Assembly: GCA_965219415.1 (NCBI GenBank)
Contig: OZ244742.1
Location: forward strand, 1,728,001-1,792,000
DNA length: 64,000 nt
Direction of reading: 5' to 3'
DNA from: Candidatus Marinacidobacterales bacterium
Lineage (GTDB): Bacteria; Acidobacteriota; Vicinamibacteria; Marinacidobacterales; DATDRI01
The notes beneath the pieces were generated by a model. The model worked only from the letters and a program-made list of their open reading frames with translations, ran no database searches and had not been told where the DNA came from. Position numbers and translations under genes: made by a program. This document shows positions 62,658 to 64,000 of this stretch, in pieces; the stretch's first letter is position 1; every line of letters starts with the position of its first letter.

Positions 62658-64000
62658 TTCACGAACGAGTCGTGCCGCGAAGGCTGGCACTCTTCGCCCT
62701 AGCGACACTCCTATATAACGTTCCGGCGGCGGCCGGCGAGAAGAAGACCCTCTACGCTGGACGCCCGCTTACGGAAGTCCTCGAGGAGCTTCGCTCCGAC
62801 GGCCTCAAGATCTTTTACAGCAGCCGGCTGGTGCAGTCGAAGATGCGGGTGGTAGAAGAACCTTCCTCCACGGACTCCCGGCAAATCCTCGATGAAATCC
62901 TTTCGCCTCACAACTTGAAGGTGCGGTCGGGATCGAATGGCAGCCTCCTCATTATCAGAAAACCCAAAGAATCGCCGCCCGATCCTCCCCCGGAAGAGGT
63001 TTCTACCGAAATCCGTTTTCGCGAGACCGTAGTTGTGTTGGGTGACGCCGATCGTGGCGGAGTGGGGACCGACGTGATCTCCTTCGACGGGCAAGACGTG
63101 ATGGAGGTAACCGGCGCGGTGGACAACGTGTTTCGCGCGCTCCAGACCCTGCCCGGTGTAGCGGCCACTTCCGAGTTCGGAAGCAGCATCGCGGTTCAAG
63201 GAGGTGCGCCGGAGCAAAACCTGATCATCATGGACGGTGTGGAAGTCTACAATCCCTATCGACTCTTCGGCTTCACGAGCGCCTTCAATCCCGAGACGGT
63301 GGATACTTCGAATTATCGCGTGGTGGCTTCGGGACGCGCTTCGGAGATCGGCTATCGTCGGTACTCGTGGTGGACAACCGGCTCGGCACCAGTGACAAGC
63401 TCCTCCAGGGCTCGGTGGGGGTGAGCATTACCGATGCGAACTTCGTGCTCGAAGGAAAGCTTCCCCGCGGCTCCTGGCTCTTCTCCGGTCGCCGGACGTA
63501 CTACGATCTCATCACCAACGCAGCCCTCCTTACGACATTTCCGTCTTTCCGAGATCTCCAAACGAAAGTGTCTTGGGAGCTCGGCGGCGGCCGACGGCTT
63601 TCTGTCACTGGTCTACTGGGCAGCGAAAGAAGGAACCTCGACACAGGCAAGTTGGATACCCCAGGCCAGACGGTCGAGCTCGGACCGACATTTGATCTGT
63701 TTTCCAACACGAATAGCGGAGAGGACGTCCACGTAGGTGGGGAGACGCGAACCGCGCTAGTCGCGCTCAACTTCGTGTCCCCTCTCGCCGACCGGGTTTT
63801 GCTCAAAAGCACCGTATCCTTCTACCGTTTTCAGGAGGACTTCGACTTCTCCGGGCTCATCGACAACGGGGTGCGTGACTCCCGTTCCCCCCGCCCGTTC
63901 TTGGTCGACGTGGGCTTCTCCCGCAACGTCGAGCTCGAGGATCGGGCCTTTCGGCAAGAGCTCATCCTGGATCCGTGGCGAGGTCACGAATTCGAATTGG
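62654..64000 (+). CDS. TonB-dependent receptor with N-terminal signalling-like domain; frameshifted near 63310; runs off the window
   Basis: Signal peptide, FRETVVV TonB box, LQTLPGV, GGAPEQNLIIMDGVEVYNP plug; downstream GRRTYYDL barrel strands. Confidence 0.85.

Noticed and set aside
1-64000. CRISPR array, cas genes, rRNA, tRNA, retron or DGR
   Set aside because: No regularly spaced repeats, reverse transcriptase motifs or structural RNA signatures recognised.

Overview
GC-rich chromosomal window from a diderm bacterium (FadL-like porin, TonB-dependent receptor, TRAP/TPAT transporter). Gene content and REP-like repeats suggest Acidobacteriota, but that is an inference. Housekeeping and accessory genes include a sigma-70 factor, tkt, two Crp/Fnr regulators, terC-fluC-DUF190, bfr-bfd, TatT-DctP-DctQM, etfBA, a Do/DegQ protease, fumC and an ECF-FecR-TonB module. 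Mobile DNA comprises a complete IS3 (3-bp TSD), a complete IS256 (8-bp TSD), two nested IS256 remnants, two HNH genes and a shattered phage-like relic (about 51.8-56.4 kb). Many genes carry single-base frameshifts, often in homopolymers, which probably reflects long-read indel error. A separate class of lesion is large internal deletions that join a gene's start to its end. The best candidates for follow-up are: (1) an AhpD-like gene split by an in-frame TGA in a CxxU motif with a downstream SECIS-like hairpin (probable selenoprotein) in a HAD-AhpD-MOSC operon; (2) a tightly coupled GT2 / nucleoside-phosphorylase-like / SPL-like radical SAM / SDR operon of unknown product; (3) recurrent head-to-tail deletions of signalling genes. 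No CRISPR array, tRNA or rRNA was recognised. All family assignments come from motif recognition, not database searches.
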